Assembly (NCBI GenBank): GCA_963575745.1
Contig: CAUYUJ010000001.1
Location: 1,116,001 to 1,180,000 of the forward strand
From: Prorocentrum cordatum
Lineage: Eukaryota
DNA: 64,000 nucleotides
Reading direction: 5' to 3'
Made by a program: the position numbers and the translations under genes
Notes under the pieces: model-generated
Databases searched by the model: none
What the model saw: only the letters and a program-made list of their open reading frames with translations
Told to the model about the DNA's origin: nothing
Shown here: piece by piece, positions 1-13,042 of the stretch
How positions within the stretch are numbered: the first letter of the stretch is position 1
Layout of the letters: the number at the start of each line of letters is the position of its first letter

Positions 1-207
1 GAGTTCAAGAAGGCCCCAGAACAGCCGCGAACTGAGTTTCCTCAGCGCTTCCAGGCAGGATGCGCCAGCGATCGCTAAGATGGCCTCCTGATGGCTCAGA
101 TGCGGCCCAAATCCGCCCAAGATGGCTCCAACGTCCCCCGAATCGAGGCCCCCTGGTGTCGCGGGACGGCCCCGAGACGTGGAATGTGGAATCCGAGCTT
201 GACGTCA

Positions 208-3200
208 TCAGTAACGCCTTTCGGCAGCATCGCCACCACCACCTTTCACGTCGGAGAAATCTCGCGGGCTGGAGTCGACTGGCCACCCCCAGTTTTGCAC
301 AGCTGGCACGAGGGTGAAGAGCAACCCCGGTTTGAGATGGGCGCCTTTATGCTCTTCGTGCGCTGGCCTTCCTCCCACTCGTGCTGGGAATCCCCATGGG
401 CCGTGGACTCTCGTCGAGGGGGCTCGCGTTCGTGACCCACGTTCTCGTGGGCTGTGCTTCGCTCGACTGAGCGCGCGCCCTCGAGAGCACCGGCAGTGGC
501 AGAGGCCGCCAAGGCCTTGGGCCTTGGAGCAGCGGTTCCGGTCGGCCGAGTGGGCTTCCAGGAGGCGCCCAGCGGTCCCGGCAGCCCTTATCTGCCACGC
601 GCAGAGGGGGGAGGGGGGAGGGGGGGGAGGGCTTCTTAGAAGCACCCCTGCCTCTTAGAAGGCGCGGGCCCTCTCTATAGATGTCAGGCCAGCGCCTTCT
701 AAGAAGCAGCCTCCTTCTGAGAAGCCCTCCCCCCTCCCTCCTCCCCCTGGTGCGCACCGCCAACTCGAGACGCACCTGGACGCCCCGACCTGGCCCCCCC
801 AGCGGCCCCGAGAGGCACCGAGGCAGCACCAGACGGCGTTCGGAGGGCAGGCAACGTCAAGGTCATCTGTTGTTGCATGTGTTCTTCCGTTTATTACACT
901 TCGCAGTTCTCGGATTCCGGGAGGCTCGGGCCTCGACGCGGGGGTCTCCAAGAAAACCCAGGACGCCCACCAGAGTCTCCAGGAGCGCCCAACACGTCGC
1001 CCAAATTGCCCACCAAGTGGCCCTGGCGGGCCTCCAAGGCTGCTTCCAGACGGCTCCAAGGCGGCCCAGACTGCCCCAAGACAGCTACCAGATTGCCCAA
1101 GCAACCCTACGAGCTCACAAGAGCCCAAACATAGCCCCGAGACGCGCCAAAGAGGGCACCACGAGAGCCCAAGACGGTCCCGAAAGGCCCAATGAAGCGC
1201 GGGCCGAGGCGGCACCCCGACTATCCGAGAGCGCCCCACCCAGATAAGGCAAGGCGCACGACGCCCCAGGGCGACCCAGGATGCTCCAAGATCCACGATC
1301 AGCCAGCAACCAACGAGAAGCAGACAGCATCAGCAGCAAGCATCCGCAGCAAGCAGCAGCAACACGTGGTCGACGGCCGCCTGCAGTTCCACACGGTCTG
1401 CGAGGCCTTGCAGCATGCCTCAGGGATCTCGTGGGACCCCAGGACGCACCCTCACCCAGCTAAGGCCGCCCCGAGAGAGACCACAAGGCTCCCCAACAGG
1501 ATCGGCGCGCTATCGTCTGGCCGATCCGTGCGACATGCTGGATGCGTAAGGTGCTTGCAGATCTGCCCCTCGGGCACGTGCTAGTCAGCTACAGCGCCGG
1601 GATCAGCGCGTGCGAGAAAGGCGGGCAATGGCAGCGGGCCCTGGCCCTGCTCCGCAAGATGCGAGGAGAGCAGCTGGAGCCCACTACGATCAGCTACAAC
1701 AGTGGGATCAGCGCGTGCGAAAAGGGCAAGCGCTGGCAGCAGGCTTCGGAGCTGCTTGGCGAGATGCGGAATGCGGAATTGGAGCCCGCCGTCCGCAGTT
1801 ACAGCGCCTGTGTGAGCGCATGCACGAAAGGCAGGCAGTGGCAGCTGGCACTGTCGATGTTTAGGGAGATGTGGGATGCAAAATTGGAGCCAGACGCAAC
1901 ATATGATCCAGGGCTCCGCCGCCCCCCCAATGCTAATGGGATCGCCAGCCCTGTGAGCCTCGCAAAGGCCTCGCGCATGGTATCGCGTGGCCTTGCGGGC
2001 GTGGCGTGGTGGAGGGGAGTGCTAGTGCCCCCGCCCCCGCCCCTTGTGGGTCTCCCAGAAAGGTGTCCTCTGAAAGCTTGGTTTTTCTTCGCTTTTTTCG
2101 AAACATGCCCACTACTTCAACGCGGCGGAGAGGATATCCACCGACGCCCCAAGACGCAACTAAGATTGGCTAAGACGGCCCCAGCTGGCCTCCAGGACAG
2201 TTCCACGACAGCTCCAAAACGGCCCGAGACCGCTCCAAGATGGGATGGCCCCCGGCCCCCTGAACCTCTATGGATGCCCACACGGCCCCAAGGAGCTCCA
2301 TGATGGCCACGGCAGGCTCCAGAAAGGGGCCTCCTCAGAAAGCTCAAGGAAGGCCCCCAGTATGATCCCCAAGAGGGCACCAAGACAGGACGAACCAGCG
2401 ATGGCAGCAAGCAAGCAGCAGAGCCAACTGCAGCAGAGCTAGCAGCAGAGAGGAAATGCAGGCACTGGCAAGCAGTAGCAGCGAGCATGATCCCGGCGAG
2501 CAGCAGCGAGCAGCAGCGGCAGGCAGCACCGAGAAAGCAGCAGAGGACAGCAGGAACAAGCTGCAATCATCGGCAAGCAGGAGCAAGCAACAGCAGAGGC
2601 AGGAGCAGGTGAAGGAGGAGGAGGAGGAGGAGTCTCGTGGATTATTCTGGGGCCCTCCTCGCGGGCCCCTCCACCACACGACCGCCGCATCAGCCACTTG
2701 ACCTGCAGCTCGAGCCTCGCGCTCTCAACGCTGGGCGAGCCGCCGCCCTGATCGATTCAGATCGGTGTGACGGTACATTTGGATGAGCCATGCTGCGAGG
2801 AACAGGTCGGAGCTCCTCGCGGATATATTGGATCGTCGCTGGAACCCCGTGGCGGCGCCTCCGGCGCCGCCCCTGACGCGCTCCGCGCGCCGCGGAGGGG
2901 GTTCCAGCGTCGATCCAAGGAATCCGCGCGGACCTCCGAATGCTTATGCTTATGTTGTATATTCGACCTCTCATGTTGGTCGAGCGTACTGCCTGTGGAG
3001 TTCATCTTCGCGAGCTCAAGACGCCGAAGCAAGGACCGCTTTGGGCTCAGAAGAGGATCTGGTCTTCGGCCGTTCCTTAAATCTGGGTCGGGGAACCTGT
3101 TCGTGGCCGAGGCTCCCCGTGGCCAGAAAAGCCCGGCCGTTCGTATTCAGCATTCCTTGTTGCAGCAGGATGGCCGATGATTGTAGTCTCTTCTACAATG

Positions 3201-5753
3201 TAGCGATCTTTGCGTGCCAGGAGGTCCTCTGTCTTGAAAGGTCCGCCAGGCTCTCCAGGCCGCCCTGCGAGCCCCCGGGCCGCTCCGAGACGGCTCAGAG
3301 ACGCCCACGAGGGCGCCAAGACAAACCAAGAGGGGCCCAACCGAGCCCCAGGGCCTCCAAGGCAGGCCAGGAAGCTCCCAAGGCGGCTCAGGAGGACCCC
3401 CAGGAGGGACCCAAGAGGCAAAAGTTGCCCCATTCCTTTCGGAAAACGTACATGTTTGATATGCTCGCTCTTTTCGTCTTCACCGCGTCCACGACGGCTA
3501 TGCAGGCCTTCCCGATCGCCCCAAGACGCCCCCAGAGCACCCCAGGAGGACCCCCAAACGGCCCGAGGCGGCCCCGCGACGGCTCCAGAGACGCCCTAGA
3601 CGGCCCCAGAGGCAACCAAGACAGCCCCAAAAGCAGTCAATAACGGCCCAAGACGGCCCCAAGACGGCCACAAGATGGCCTCAGTGGCGCCCAAGACGGC
3701 CCCAGATCGCTCCAAGGCAGCCCAAGATGCGCCCAAGACGGCCCAAGAGGGCCTGAGAGACCCCCAGGAGGACGAAAAGAGGCTTCCAAACGGACCCCAT
3801 GAGGCCTTGAATGCTTGTCTCTTGGGGAGCGTCGACGACTGACGAGAAGATCGACGGTATGAAGGATCGAGGGGAGGAGGAGGAGGAGGAGGAGGACACC
3901 CAAAATGGCCCCAAACGCCGATAGAAGCAACCGAGATGTCCCGAGCATGACCCGAAGGAGGCCCCAAGACGGTCCACACACACCGAGATGGCTCCTAAAG
4001 AAGATCGACTGGATGACCGATCCCGGGGAGGACGAGGAGGGCGGCCAAAATAGCCCAAAAGCCGATACTAGGAGCCACAGAGATGTCCCGAGCATTACCC
4101 GAAGGAGGCCCCAAGACGGTCCAGACACACCGAGATGGCTCCTAAAGAAGATCGATTGGATAACCGATCCAGCGGAGGACGAGGAGGGCGACCAAAATGG
4201 CCTAAAAGCCGATACTGGGAGCCACAGAGATGTCCCGAGCATGCCCCGAAGAAGGCCCCAAGAGTGTCCAGACACCCCGAGAAGGCTCCTAACGCGAAGC
4301 CCAAGTAAACCAAAGTGACAGTCACTTGACAGTTTCTCCAGCGTCCTATCGGTGATCCTCCCGTGCACCGGGCGCCTGAGCGGCACCAGTGCGGGCCGTC
4401 TCGGCGCCCTCTGACGGGCTTATTGGGTCGTAGATCACGCGGCCCCGGCTAAGAGGAGATGAAATTATCACGGCGACCCGCCCCGCAAAAGCTGTGATGA
4501 ACACGGAGCGCGCGTGAGAAACAGTTTCTGTCCACACTTGCCTGCATCCCTCGCCCACCTCCCCCTTCAGCGGCCACTTCCTCCATCCACACCGTCCCCT
4601 CCAACCTCCCCCCCCGCGAGGCCCCCGAGACGCTCCATTTCCACGTCCACACCATGGCGGGCAGACTCCGCGGCCGGAAGGCCGCGGGTCAGCCCTAGTC
4701 AGCTACAGCGCCGCGATCAGCGCGTGCGAGAAGGGCGAACAGTGGCAGCGTGCCCTGTCGCTGCTTAGCGAGATGTGGAACGTGAGGTTCGACCTGGACG
4801 TCATCAGCTACAATGCCGGTATCAGCGCGTGCGACAAAGGAGGGCAGTGGCGTCGGGCGTTGTCGATGCTCGGCGAGATGTTGGACATGAAGTTGAAGCC
4901 AGACGTGATCAGCTACAGCGCAGCGATCAGCGCGTGCGACAGCGGAGGACAGTGGCAGCAGTTCCCCTGCTTCTCACCTCCTCCTCCTTCTCCTCCACCT
5001 CCTTCTCCTCGTCCTCCTCCTCCTCCTCCCCGTCCTCCTCCTCCTCCTCCTCCTCCTCCTCCTCCTCCTCCTCCTCCTCCTCCTCCTCCTCCTCGCCTCG
5101 CACCCTACAGTCGGCAGACCAGACAAAAAATCGGCCTGCCAGCAGGTGCCCCACAGAAATTCCTCATCCCCCGATGGACCCAGGGAGCCGCAGAAGCTCT
5201 GGCGTACCCCAAGACCCGCCAGCATCCGCAAGCATCGGTGAAAAATGCGCCTCACGACTTCTTACAGCAAGACTTCTTACCGTGGGAGTCAACTGTGCCC
5301 CCCCCCCCCTTCCTTGCCTCCCCCCCTCCCTCCTCCCTCCGCACACAAGGGTGCTCTCGTGTCCGCCCGCTCCGCGCGGTCGGCCGATGCCGTCCCGTGA
5401 AATGCCGCGGGCGGCGCGCGCGAGAAGGGGGGCTCTCAGTGTTGCCGACTCCGGCTCCCACCTCCGATGCCAGCTTGCACTTGTCGGAGGCCAGTTCCGA
5501 TCACCACGATCACAGCACCTTCATTTTCGGATGCAATACTGGGAGGTTAAATTCAGCTTCGGAGCTGGCCTATCCGCGGTCGAGAACCAGCCCAATCCGG
5601 CACAATCCCACTTACTTGCGTTGATTATTGTTTTACCAGTCGTAACCTTGCCTTGTCCTGAGCTTAACCCAGAAGGGTCTTTAATACTATCCGGGCTCTT
5701 CCCCCCTCTCGGCTGGCAATTACAACTCGTCCTTCCCCTGATCGTCCTTCACC

Positions 5754-5810
<57 letters not shown>

Positions 5811-5899
5811 GCATCATCATCAGCAGCAGCAGCAGCAGCATCAGCATCATCAGCATCATCAGCAGCAGCAGCATCAGCATCAGCATCAGCATCATCACC

Positions 5900-5933
<34 letters not shown>

Positions 5934-8900
5934 CCACCACCATCACCATCAGGGATCCTCATCCCCCCGATCGTCAGCGGTGGCCGCCGCGGGGGAACAA
6001 TCATTTTCCCAGTATTGTTGGCGTCCCAATCCGTCAATAGGCCCGCACAAAGTGAATCATTTCCAGGTTTTTGTAGGTGGTTAAAGACCCTTATTGGTCA
6101 ACCTGGGCCCCTGGTCGGGCTTAGCAGCTTCTTATCGTTCTGACGAAGGCCTGCCAGGAGTTGCCTCCTCACTTCTTTCTCCAGTGTCACCTCCCATGTT
6201 TCCACCTCCTGGCTGCCAAGCTTCCGTCCAGGGCCGTGCCCGTGCACATCCCGCCTCCTGGCGAGCTCGGTGGAGAACTCTATCGAGGCCCCCGCCCGCC
6301 CCCCAGGATGCCTCCCAGGATGCCGGTTGCAAGCCACACCCTTCGCAAACCACACCTTTCGGAGTCGCCGACTCAGAGCGTACCGGGGGCGCTCTGGAAC
6401 GGCCGCGGCGCCAGGCACATCCTCCAGCAGCGGGCCCCCGAGCGGTGCGGTGAGTCGACAGGGATTCGAGGTGACCGCACGGTTTGGGGATTTGGGTCGT
6501 TCTTCGAGGACTTCTCTGGCAATTGGGGCTTCCAGGGTCCCAAGACCGTGCGGCGACGGACCGTGCGGTGAGGTCCTCTAGAATTTCCAGGTCACCGCAC
6601 GGTCTGTCACCGCACAGCTGGGGAAACCAACAGGTCCTCATACCGCTACTCTACCGACCTCTCCCAGGATGCAGTCTGACCAGAACTTCAAGGTGAACCC
6701 AGCCGTGGCGACGAGGGCCTCCCAGGAGGCCCAAAAAGGGGAACGCGAGGGAAGGGTAGCGGTCTGGGTACCCCTTCCTCTGAAAAGCTGCTCTCGTCTG
6801 ACCTTCGCCCTCCCACCTGTGCGCACGGGGGTGCGGAGGCCAGGTCGCGGCAGCAGGGAGGGGCGCACGAGCGCGTGGTCTGTCTCAGGGGCGGCCTAAC
6901 CGACCCCTAGCAAACCATCCTATTCCGCGATGTCCCCCTCGCCTCGCCCCGAGACGTATGTGTGCGGCCAGAGGGAAGCTTGAAAGACGAGGGTGACGTC
7001 ACGGAAGGGGATGGCTTGCTAGGGGTCGGTTAGGCCGCGCTTTGCTGTCCAGGTCACGTCCTCCTCCTCCTCCTCCTCCTCCTCCTCCTCCTCCTCCTCC
7101 TCCTCCTCCTGCTCCTGCTCCTGCTCCTCCTCCTCCTCCCTCCTCCCTCCTCCCTCCTCCTCCCTCCTCCTCCTCCCTCCTCCCGGCCTCGGCCTCGTCT
7201 GGCACGCGGGCGGCTCTGCCCCCAGCTGCCGGCGCGCTGCCTCTCTGCGAGCCCCGAGGGGCAGCGGAGCTCTCGGCCCCCTCGTCCGCTGCGGGGCCAC
7301 GTCGGGGTGGGGGACGGGCTCCGTGGAGGTGCGGATTTTCGGGCTTCGGAGGAAGAACTGCATAAGCATAAATCGGGCGGGGCTGGGACGAGGGTAAATC
7401 CGTTTCCAGGGCGCTCCGGAACGCTCTCAGAGCGGTCCGGGACGCTCTGAAGGCGACGGCGCCCGGGACATAATCCAGAGCCGCCAGATCTCAGAGATTC
7501 CTTGCTTGTCCTTACCCGATGTTACCCTGGTCCTGGTTTCGTCTTGATAAACTTTCGGAGGTCCGCGCGGATTTCTTGGATCTGCGCTGGGCCTCTCTGG
7601 CGGTGCCTCCAGCGCCGCCCCTGGCGCGCTTCGCGCGTCAGGGAAGGGGGCTCAGCACAGATCCAAGAAATCCGCGCGGAGCTCCGAAAGTTTATGGGTA
7701 TGCCGATTTCTTGTTCCTCTGAAGTTCTGTATTGATGAAGTCTGCCGCTCTGGACGTGTGGAGTAATATTGGGGATCTGTTTCGTGTAGCTGTTCAAACG
7801 TTTGCGGGCGCTTCGGCCAGAACCCGCAATACCTACAGGGTGCACAATGCGGGTCGCAGTCGCAGTCGTACGCAACGGAGGGGGGGACGGTCTCAGGGGG
7901 GGGACGCATCGACCCCCAATCGCCCATTGATCGCCGACAGTGGGCTCGACAGCAGTCGCAGTCGTAGGCAACGGAGGGGGGGGGGGGGATGGCCTCACGG
8001 GAAGATGCATCGACCCCCAATCGCCCATTGATCGCCGACAGGGGGCCCGACAGCCCATTCCTGACCATTGAGCGTGCGCATCCGCCATTGGGGGCCCGTC
8101 GTCGACCGACCGGCGATGCATCGCCGATGCTGGGTCGATGCTTTCCCGAGCTCCGTGTTGGCAAGGACTCGGCTTTCATCCTTGTAGTTGTGGCAAGCCT
8201 GTGAGACGAAATGTGCGCTGCGCGGGGGCGAGGGCCCCATTTTTTGAAAAGGGCCGGGCCTCCAGCCGTGTGCTGCTCTGATTGTGTCAGCTTCGGGGTA
8301 CTGGTGCATGGTACGTCTCACAGCGAGACGGCCCGGTGGGCCTGCGGACACAGCTGGTGGTGCGATAAGGAGGAGCTGTTTACAAGGACGTTGGATGTAG
8401 GAGAAGGACGAGGAGGACTCAAGACAAAGGGGGATATGGGGTACGTGAGAAGAAACGAAGGGAGGAGGAGGGATATGTAGAAAGGAGGAGGATTGATGAG
8501 GAGAGGAGAGCGGAAGGAATGGAGAAAGCGAGAAATGGAGGAGGAGGAGGAAGAGGAGGAGAAGGGATGAGGAGAGAGGGAGGAATGGAGCAGGTGGATG
8601 GATTTGCGATATGAGGAGGAAGGAGAGAAAAAGAGTGGGTGGCGAAAGAGGAGGAGGAGAAAGGAGGAGAGAAGAGGAGGAGGAGAGGAAAGGAGGAGGA
8701 GGAGGAGGGAGTAGGAGCGGAAGGAGAGAGGATAGGGACGAGAGGGACGAGGAGGAGAAGGCGGCGGTGCCGCCAGAGACGAGCACCGAGGGGGCCCACA
8801 GCCCTCCTGCCTCGAGGGGCTGGTGGCGGCGCCCGCGCACGCGCGCCCCCCCACCCACCCACACCCCTCGGGGGGCGCCCGCCCGCGATGCCCCCGAAGG

Positions 8901-10278
8901 GGAAGGCGGCCGCGAAGGCGAAGGCGAAGGGCTCCAAGGTCGGGGGCAACGTCAGGGGGAAAATAGCTGAAGAAGGAAAAACGGCATGCAGGTAAACTTC
9001 TGAGCTCCGCGCGGGTTTCTTGGATCTGCTCTGGACCCCCTTGGCGGCGCCTCCAGCGCCGCTCCTGACGCGCTCCGCGCGCCCGGGAGTGGGTTCCAGC
9101 GCGGATCCGGGAAATCCGCGCGGACCTCCGAAAGTTTATGTTTATGCCGTTTCTTCCTCGGGATAGGCTCAGAGGGGACGCATTGACCCCCAGTCGCCCA
9201 TTAACGCCCGATTGCCCACCCCGCCGAGGCACGTGCGATTGTCGCTATCGGGGACCCCTCGTCGATCTATCTGCGATGCATCGCCGAGTACAGGTCGATG
9301 CCCCCCCCTGAGCCGGTCACCCCCTGACGTTGCCTCTCACAAGGGGGCGGCCGACAAGGGCGGGAAGGACGGCGAGGAACGACGGCAGCGGGGATCGAAG
9401 CTCGAGGTTCGAGGAGACGTTGCGACGTCGCGCCGCTTTCGGCTCCTGGGGGCCCGTGTCGAGCCCCAGGGCCGTCGGGGATCGGGCTGGGGCAAGGAGC
9501 AGGCCCGGGTGGAGCCTGGGAGTGCTCCATGGTGGTGACCGACAAGACGGCGAGGAACGCCCGAGGAGGAAGGCACCCAGATAACCAGCGATAGTGTCCC
9601 ACCAGCGCTTTCACTGAAGGGTCCTCGAAGACACTCCCCAAGCAGTGCTTGCGCTGAAGAGTCCTCAGCCGATATTGAAGGAATAGGCGAAAGTACTGGG
9701 CTGATTTCGGTGGGCGGCCAGGTTCCCGGGCTCCCGGCTTTGGGTTCTGGATTCTGGTGCATGGGCGGCCGGGTTCAGGTTACGGGGTTCTTGGTTCCGG
9801 GATTCCCAGCACCAGAACAAAATTTACACATCAGCGAGTAGAGAGCAGAGTTGAGCAGAGAGAAACGGTCGGGAATTTTGGATTAGCGCGTCGCTCTGCC
9901 GGTTCTGGCCCACCGCGCTTCGGCACGACACGTTATCCACGGCGTGGTCCCCGATCGTCAACGTCCTTCCTCGCAGAGCGGAGCGACACGCTATCCAGTT
10001 TCATAGCATCGTGTGTCGCTGTGGCCGCCGCCGAGACACGCTAAGCAAAGTGCTTGATCGTCGAGAGTAGTGATGGATAGCAGAGCGAATTGAGAGGAGA
10101 CATACAGTAAGCAGAGTAGTAACCGAGAGAGAGAGAGAGAGACGAAGTAGATAGAGAGAGAGAGAGCGAAAGCAAGAGAGTCCTTGAGACCACGGTCAGA
10201 GCCAGTGAGCATATACCAGGGAGTAGAGAATACATTTCAGAAAATGTAGAGCATATTTGAGGAGAGACAGAGAGAGAG

Positions 10279-10309
<31 letters not shown>

Positions 10310-11204
10310 AAACAAAGAAATATATATATATATATATACAAACATGTATGGAGCAAAGACTACGTAGAGGGTAGGAGAGAAGAGACCTTGCACAGGAGCA
10401 GTGGAGCAGTGGAGCAGTTTTGGCAACTTTCTTGGCGGACAGGCGCGGAGCACCTACAATCAAAAAAAAAGAGATCCATTGGTTTGGTCTTCTCTTTCAG
10501 CGACACTCATGAGGTTGTCGTTCGCAATCTTGAGGTTGTGGTTCCTACTGGCCCTGTGCTGTGCCCTACTGCGTATTGGATGCGCATCTTGCTGCGGGCT
10601 CTGAGTTTGACTGTTTGCTCACATCGACCCCCTTTCTCCACATCATCACGTCATTCCTGCTCCTGCTGATTACCGCTCCTCCCTCCTTCATCTCCCTCCT
10701 CCTCCTCTTCCCCCTCAAGGCAGGGGAAGTGAGGAGGGGATTCGAAAATGAAAGGGCATGGAATGGGGGGGGGGGGGGGAAAAGGAGCGGGGCGGCAAGG
10801 GGAATAGAGTGAGAGGCGGGAGAGAGGGAGGGAGAGCGGCAGGAGGCACCGGGGAGGTTGCCTGTCCGACCGCCCGCGCGCTTGCCTGCCCGTCGTTGTT
10901 CGCGTCGTCGCCGTTGTCGCCGCCGTCCTCGTCGATCGAACGTCGACTTTATCAGCACTCGTGGGCGAGTTTGGCCCGTTCTGGGCCTTTGGAGGCGGCC
11001 ACCGGGAGCGACCTCCGGAGGCCTTTGGAAGAGGGTCGAGGCTCGAGGACCGAAGTTTCGGGGCACTGTGGGGTCCGTTCTGGGCCTCGGCGGGGGCACC
11101 CGCGGCTAGATTCGTCCCGAGATTCTGGCCAAGGCGCGCCCCACGACGTTGTCCAGGGGCCGCCCTCGCCGTCGCCAGCGTCGTTCGTTTGCGTCATCCG
11201 ACGT

Positions 11205-11278
<74 letters not shown>

Positions 11279-12110
11279 CGTCGTCGTCCGTCGTCGTCAT
11301 CCTCGTCGTCGTCGTCGTCGTCGTCGTCTGTCTGTGTCGTCCGTCGTCCGTCGTCGTCGTCCACCGTGTCGAAACCGACCCCTGTCGCTTCAAACGGGCT
11401 GGGCTTCAGCATCCCATTTTTTCGAGGGGGCGAGAGTCCCACCTTCGAAGTTCCGAAGATTTCGCGACCGACTTCAACGTCGCCAGTCTATACGATTGAA
11501 GCGTTTGGCACAAGTTCCCCGCCGAGTTCGGTTGGCGGCGGCTGGATTCTCGGGCTCCTGGCTCTGGCGGTAAATTTCAATGGGCGGCCCAGTTCCTGGG
11601 TTCTCGAGTTCGGGGTCTTTGCGTCCACGTGCAGCATGAGACAGTATATGGTAGAGAGTATAGAGACCATATCAGATTTGGTAGAGAGCAGAGTGAGTTG
11701 AGAGAGCTACAATGGAGTAAACAGGCCGGTCGCATAGATAGAGAGACGGATTGAAGAGAGAGAGAGAGAGAGAGAGAGTCAAGAGAGAGAGAGAGAGTGT
11801 GTGTGTGTGCGTGTGCAGTTGCGAGGCGACCCTCGCAATTGCACACGAGGTGAGCGGACGTGAGCGGAGAGAGAGAGAGAGAGAGGGTGAGATAGAGAGA
11901 GAGAGAGAAAAAAAAAAAAAGAGAGAGAGAGAGAGGGAAAAAGAGAGAGAGTATAGACAAGCTAGGTGCGGTCGCGCCATATCTGACGTCCTACCTATCC
12001 CACTCATCCCTTCCAGTTGCGCCGATGTCTTCTCTATCTGCCGACGCGTGTCATAGCGGCCCCAGAAGTCCCAAAAGATCCCATCGTGCCACGCGCAGTC
12101 GGACAAGGGG
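208..12110 (-). CDS. Possible minus-strand multi-exon gene of unknown function (exon structure not resolved)
   Basis: Short unique islands between repeats read as plausible peptides on the minus strand: ~11965-12110 (LSDCAWHDGIFWDFWGRYDTRRQIEK), ~6115-6250 (EVETWEVTLEKEVRRQLLAGLRQND), ~3160-3230 (DLLARKDRYIVEETT) and a terminal ~208-590. No domain recognised. Confidence 0.3.
596..758. mobile_element. Palindromic MITE family C (GGCTTCTTAGAAGC core); copies at ~41147-41297 and ~47790-47955
   Basis: G-rich left arm, CTTCTTAGAAG / CTTCT(A/G)AGAAG inverted core and C-rich right arm in all three copies. Confidence 0.7.
1584..1901 (+). pseudogene. Isolated pentatricopeptide-repeat (PPR) cassette, three 35-aa repeats
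   Basis: VSYSAGISACEKGGQWQRALALLRKM.. / ISYNSGISACEKGKRWQQASELLGEM.. / RSYSACVSACTKGRQWQLALSMFREM..; flanks are unrelated repeats. Could alternatively be an exon. Confidence 0.8.
3845..4292 (+). repeat. Tandem repeat, 147-bp unit, ~3 copies
   Basis: GCTCCTA recurs at 3991, 4138 and 4285. Confidence 0.85.
4698..4961 (+). pseudogene. Second isolated PPR cassette, ~2.5 repeats
   Basis: VSYSAAISACEKGEQWQRALSLLSEM.. / ISYNAGISACDKGGQWRRALSMLGEM.. / ISYSAAISACDSGGQWQQ, then breaks into (CCT)n. Confidence 0.8.
4977..5093. repeat. (CCT)n microsatellite
   Basis: Direct inspection. Confidence 0.95.
5754..5950. repeat. (CAT/CAG/CAC)n microsatellite
   Basis: Direct inspection. Confidence 0.95.
7350..7719. 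mobile_element. MITE family A copy with a nested family B element (7373-7546)
   Basis: Near-perfect TIRs ATAAACTTTCGGAGGTCCGCGCGGATTTCTTGGATCTG / CAGATCCAAGAAATCCGCGCGGAGCTCCGAAAGTTTAT; the insert is flanked by ATAAA. Confidence 0.75.
8970..9159. mobile_element. MITE family A copy
   Basis: Same TIRs and GGCGCCTCCAGCGCC core as 7547-7695. Confidence 0.7.
11205..11361. repeat. (CGT)n microsatellite
   Basis: Direct inspection. Confidence 0.95.
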
Positions 12111-13042
12111 AGCTGCGTACATTGGTGGAGGGGTAGGGAGCATAGAGTAGAGGACAGATCATATAGAGTGCAAAGCGAGCTGCGAGGGTGGACGAAGTCA
12201 ACGGAACAGAGAGAGAGAGAGAGGCAAAAAATGGAATCGAGAGAGAGGGCCGGCGTGGAGCACCTGCAGCAAGAGCCATCGGACAACAGCAACTTGGGGG
12301 CTCCACCGATGTCACGCGTTTTTTCCTGTCCTGGCCCGCCTCCCGGACCTGGGCCTCCGGGGCCCGCCATCGGGCCCAGTGGCCGCACTTTCTATATCCA
12401 GGGCGTAAAACTGGCCCCGGGAGAGGGCTCGGGGCTTGTGGGGCCGCGCGTGGAACAGAGAGAAAAGAATCGTCTGATGTTTGGGCACACCGATACCGAG
12501 TGCCTTTCCAAGGCCTTCGCCTTTTTGGGTCCTCGCTGCCACTGCTGGGTTCGCCGCCTCGGAGGAGACGGCGGCCGCTAAATCCAAGCCGAAGGGCTGC
12601 AAGGGGGCGACCGACAAAGGCGGGAAGGACGGCGAGGAACGACGACGGCGGGGCTCGATGTTCAAGATTCCGAGGGGATGTTGCACCATTTTCGGCCTCT
12701 GGAGGCCAACTTCGAGCCTTGGGGCCGTCTGGGATCGGTCAGGGGACCCTGGCAGGCTCACGGGGACACATTGGTGAACCTCGGAGGTCGAGGCAGAAGA
12801 AAGGCAGAATCAGAGTGAGGGGGCCGAACGGTCTCACACGGTCCCTGGGTGCGTGGTTGAAGTGGGATTCCGTGGCCCGGATTGTGTTTGTTGTTGTCGT
12901 CGTCCCCCCCACGACCCACACGCGACCCACCAGCGACCCATCCGAGACCCGCCCCGCGACCCACCCGCGACCCACCAGCGGCTCACCCCGCGCCCGCCCC
13001 CATCACCATCATCCGCAGATGCGGGGTGCCACGTGTTCCGCG

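Noticed and set aside
2692..2708. AGCCACTTGACCTGCAG as a second spliced-leader relic (also reverse-strand GCCATTTTG near 30490)
   Set aside because: Only about 11/17 identity or a short core match, and not at a recognisable element or gene 5' end.
4962..6040. Extension of the PPR ORF and the overlapping 421-aa ORF
   Set aside because: They run through (CCT)n and (CAT)n tracts and repeat-derived sequence with no coding signature.
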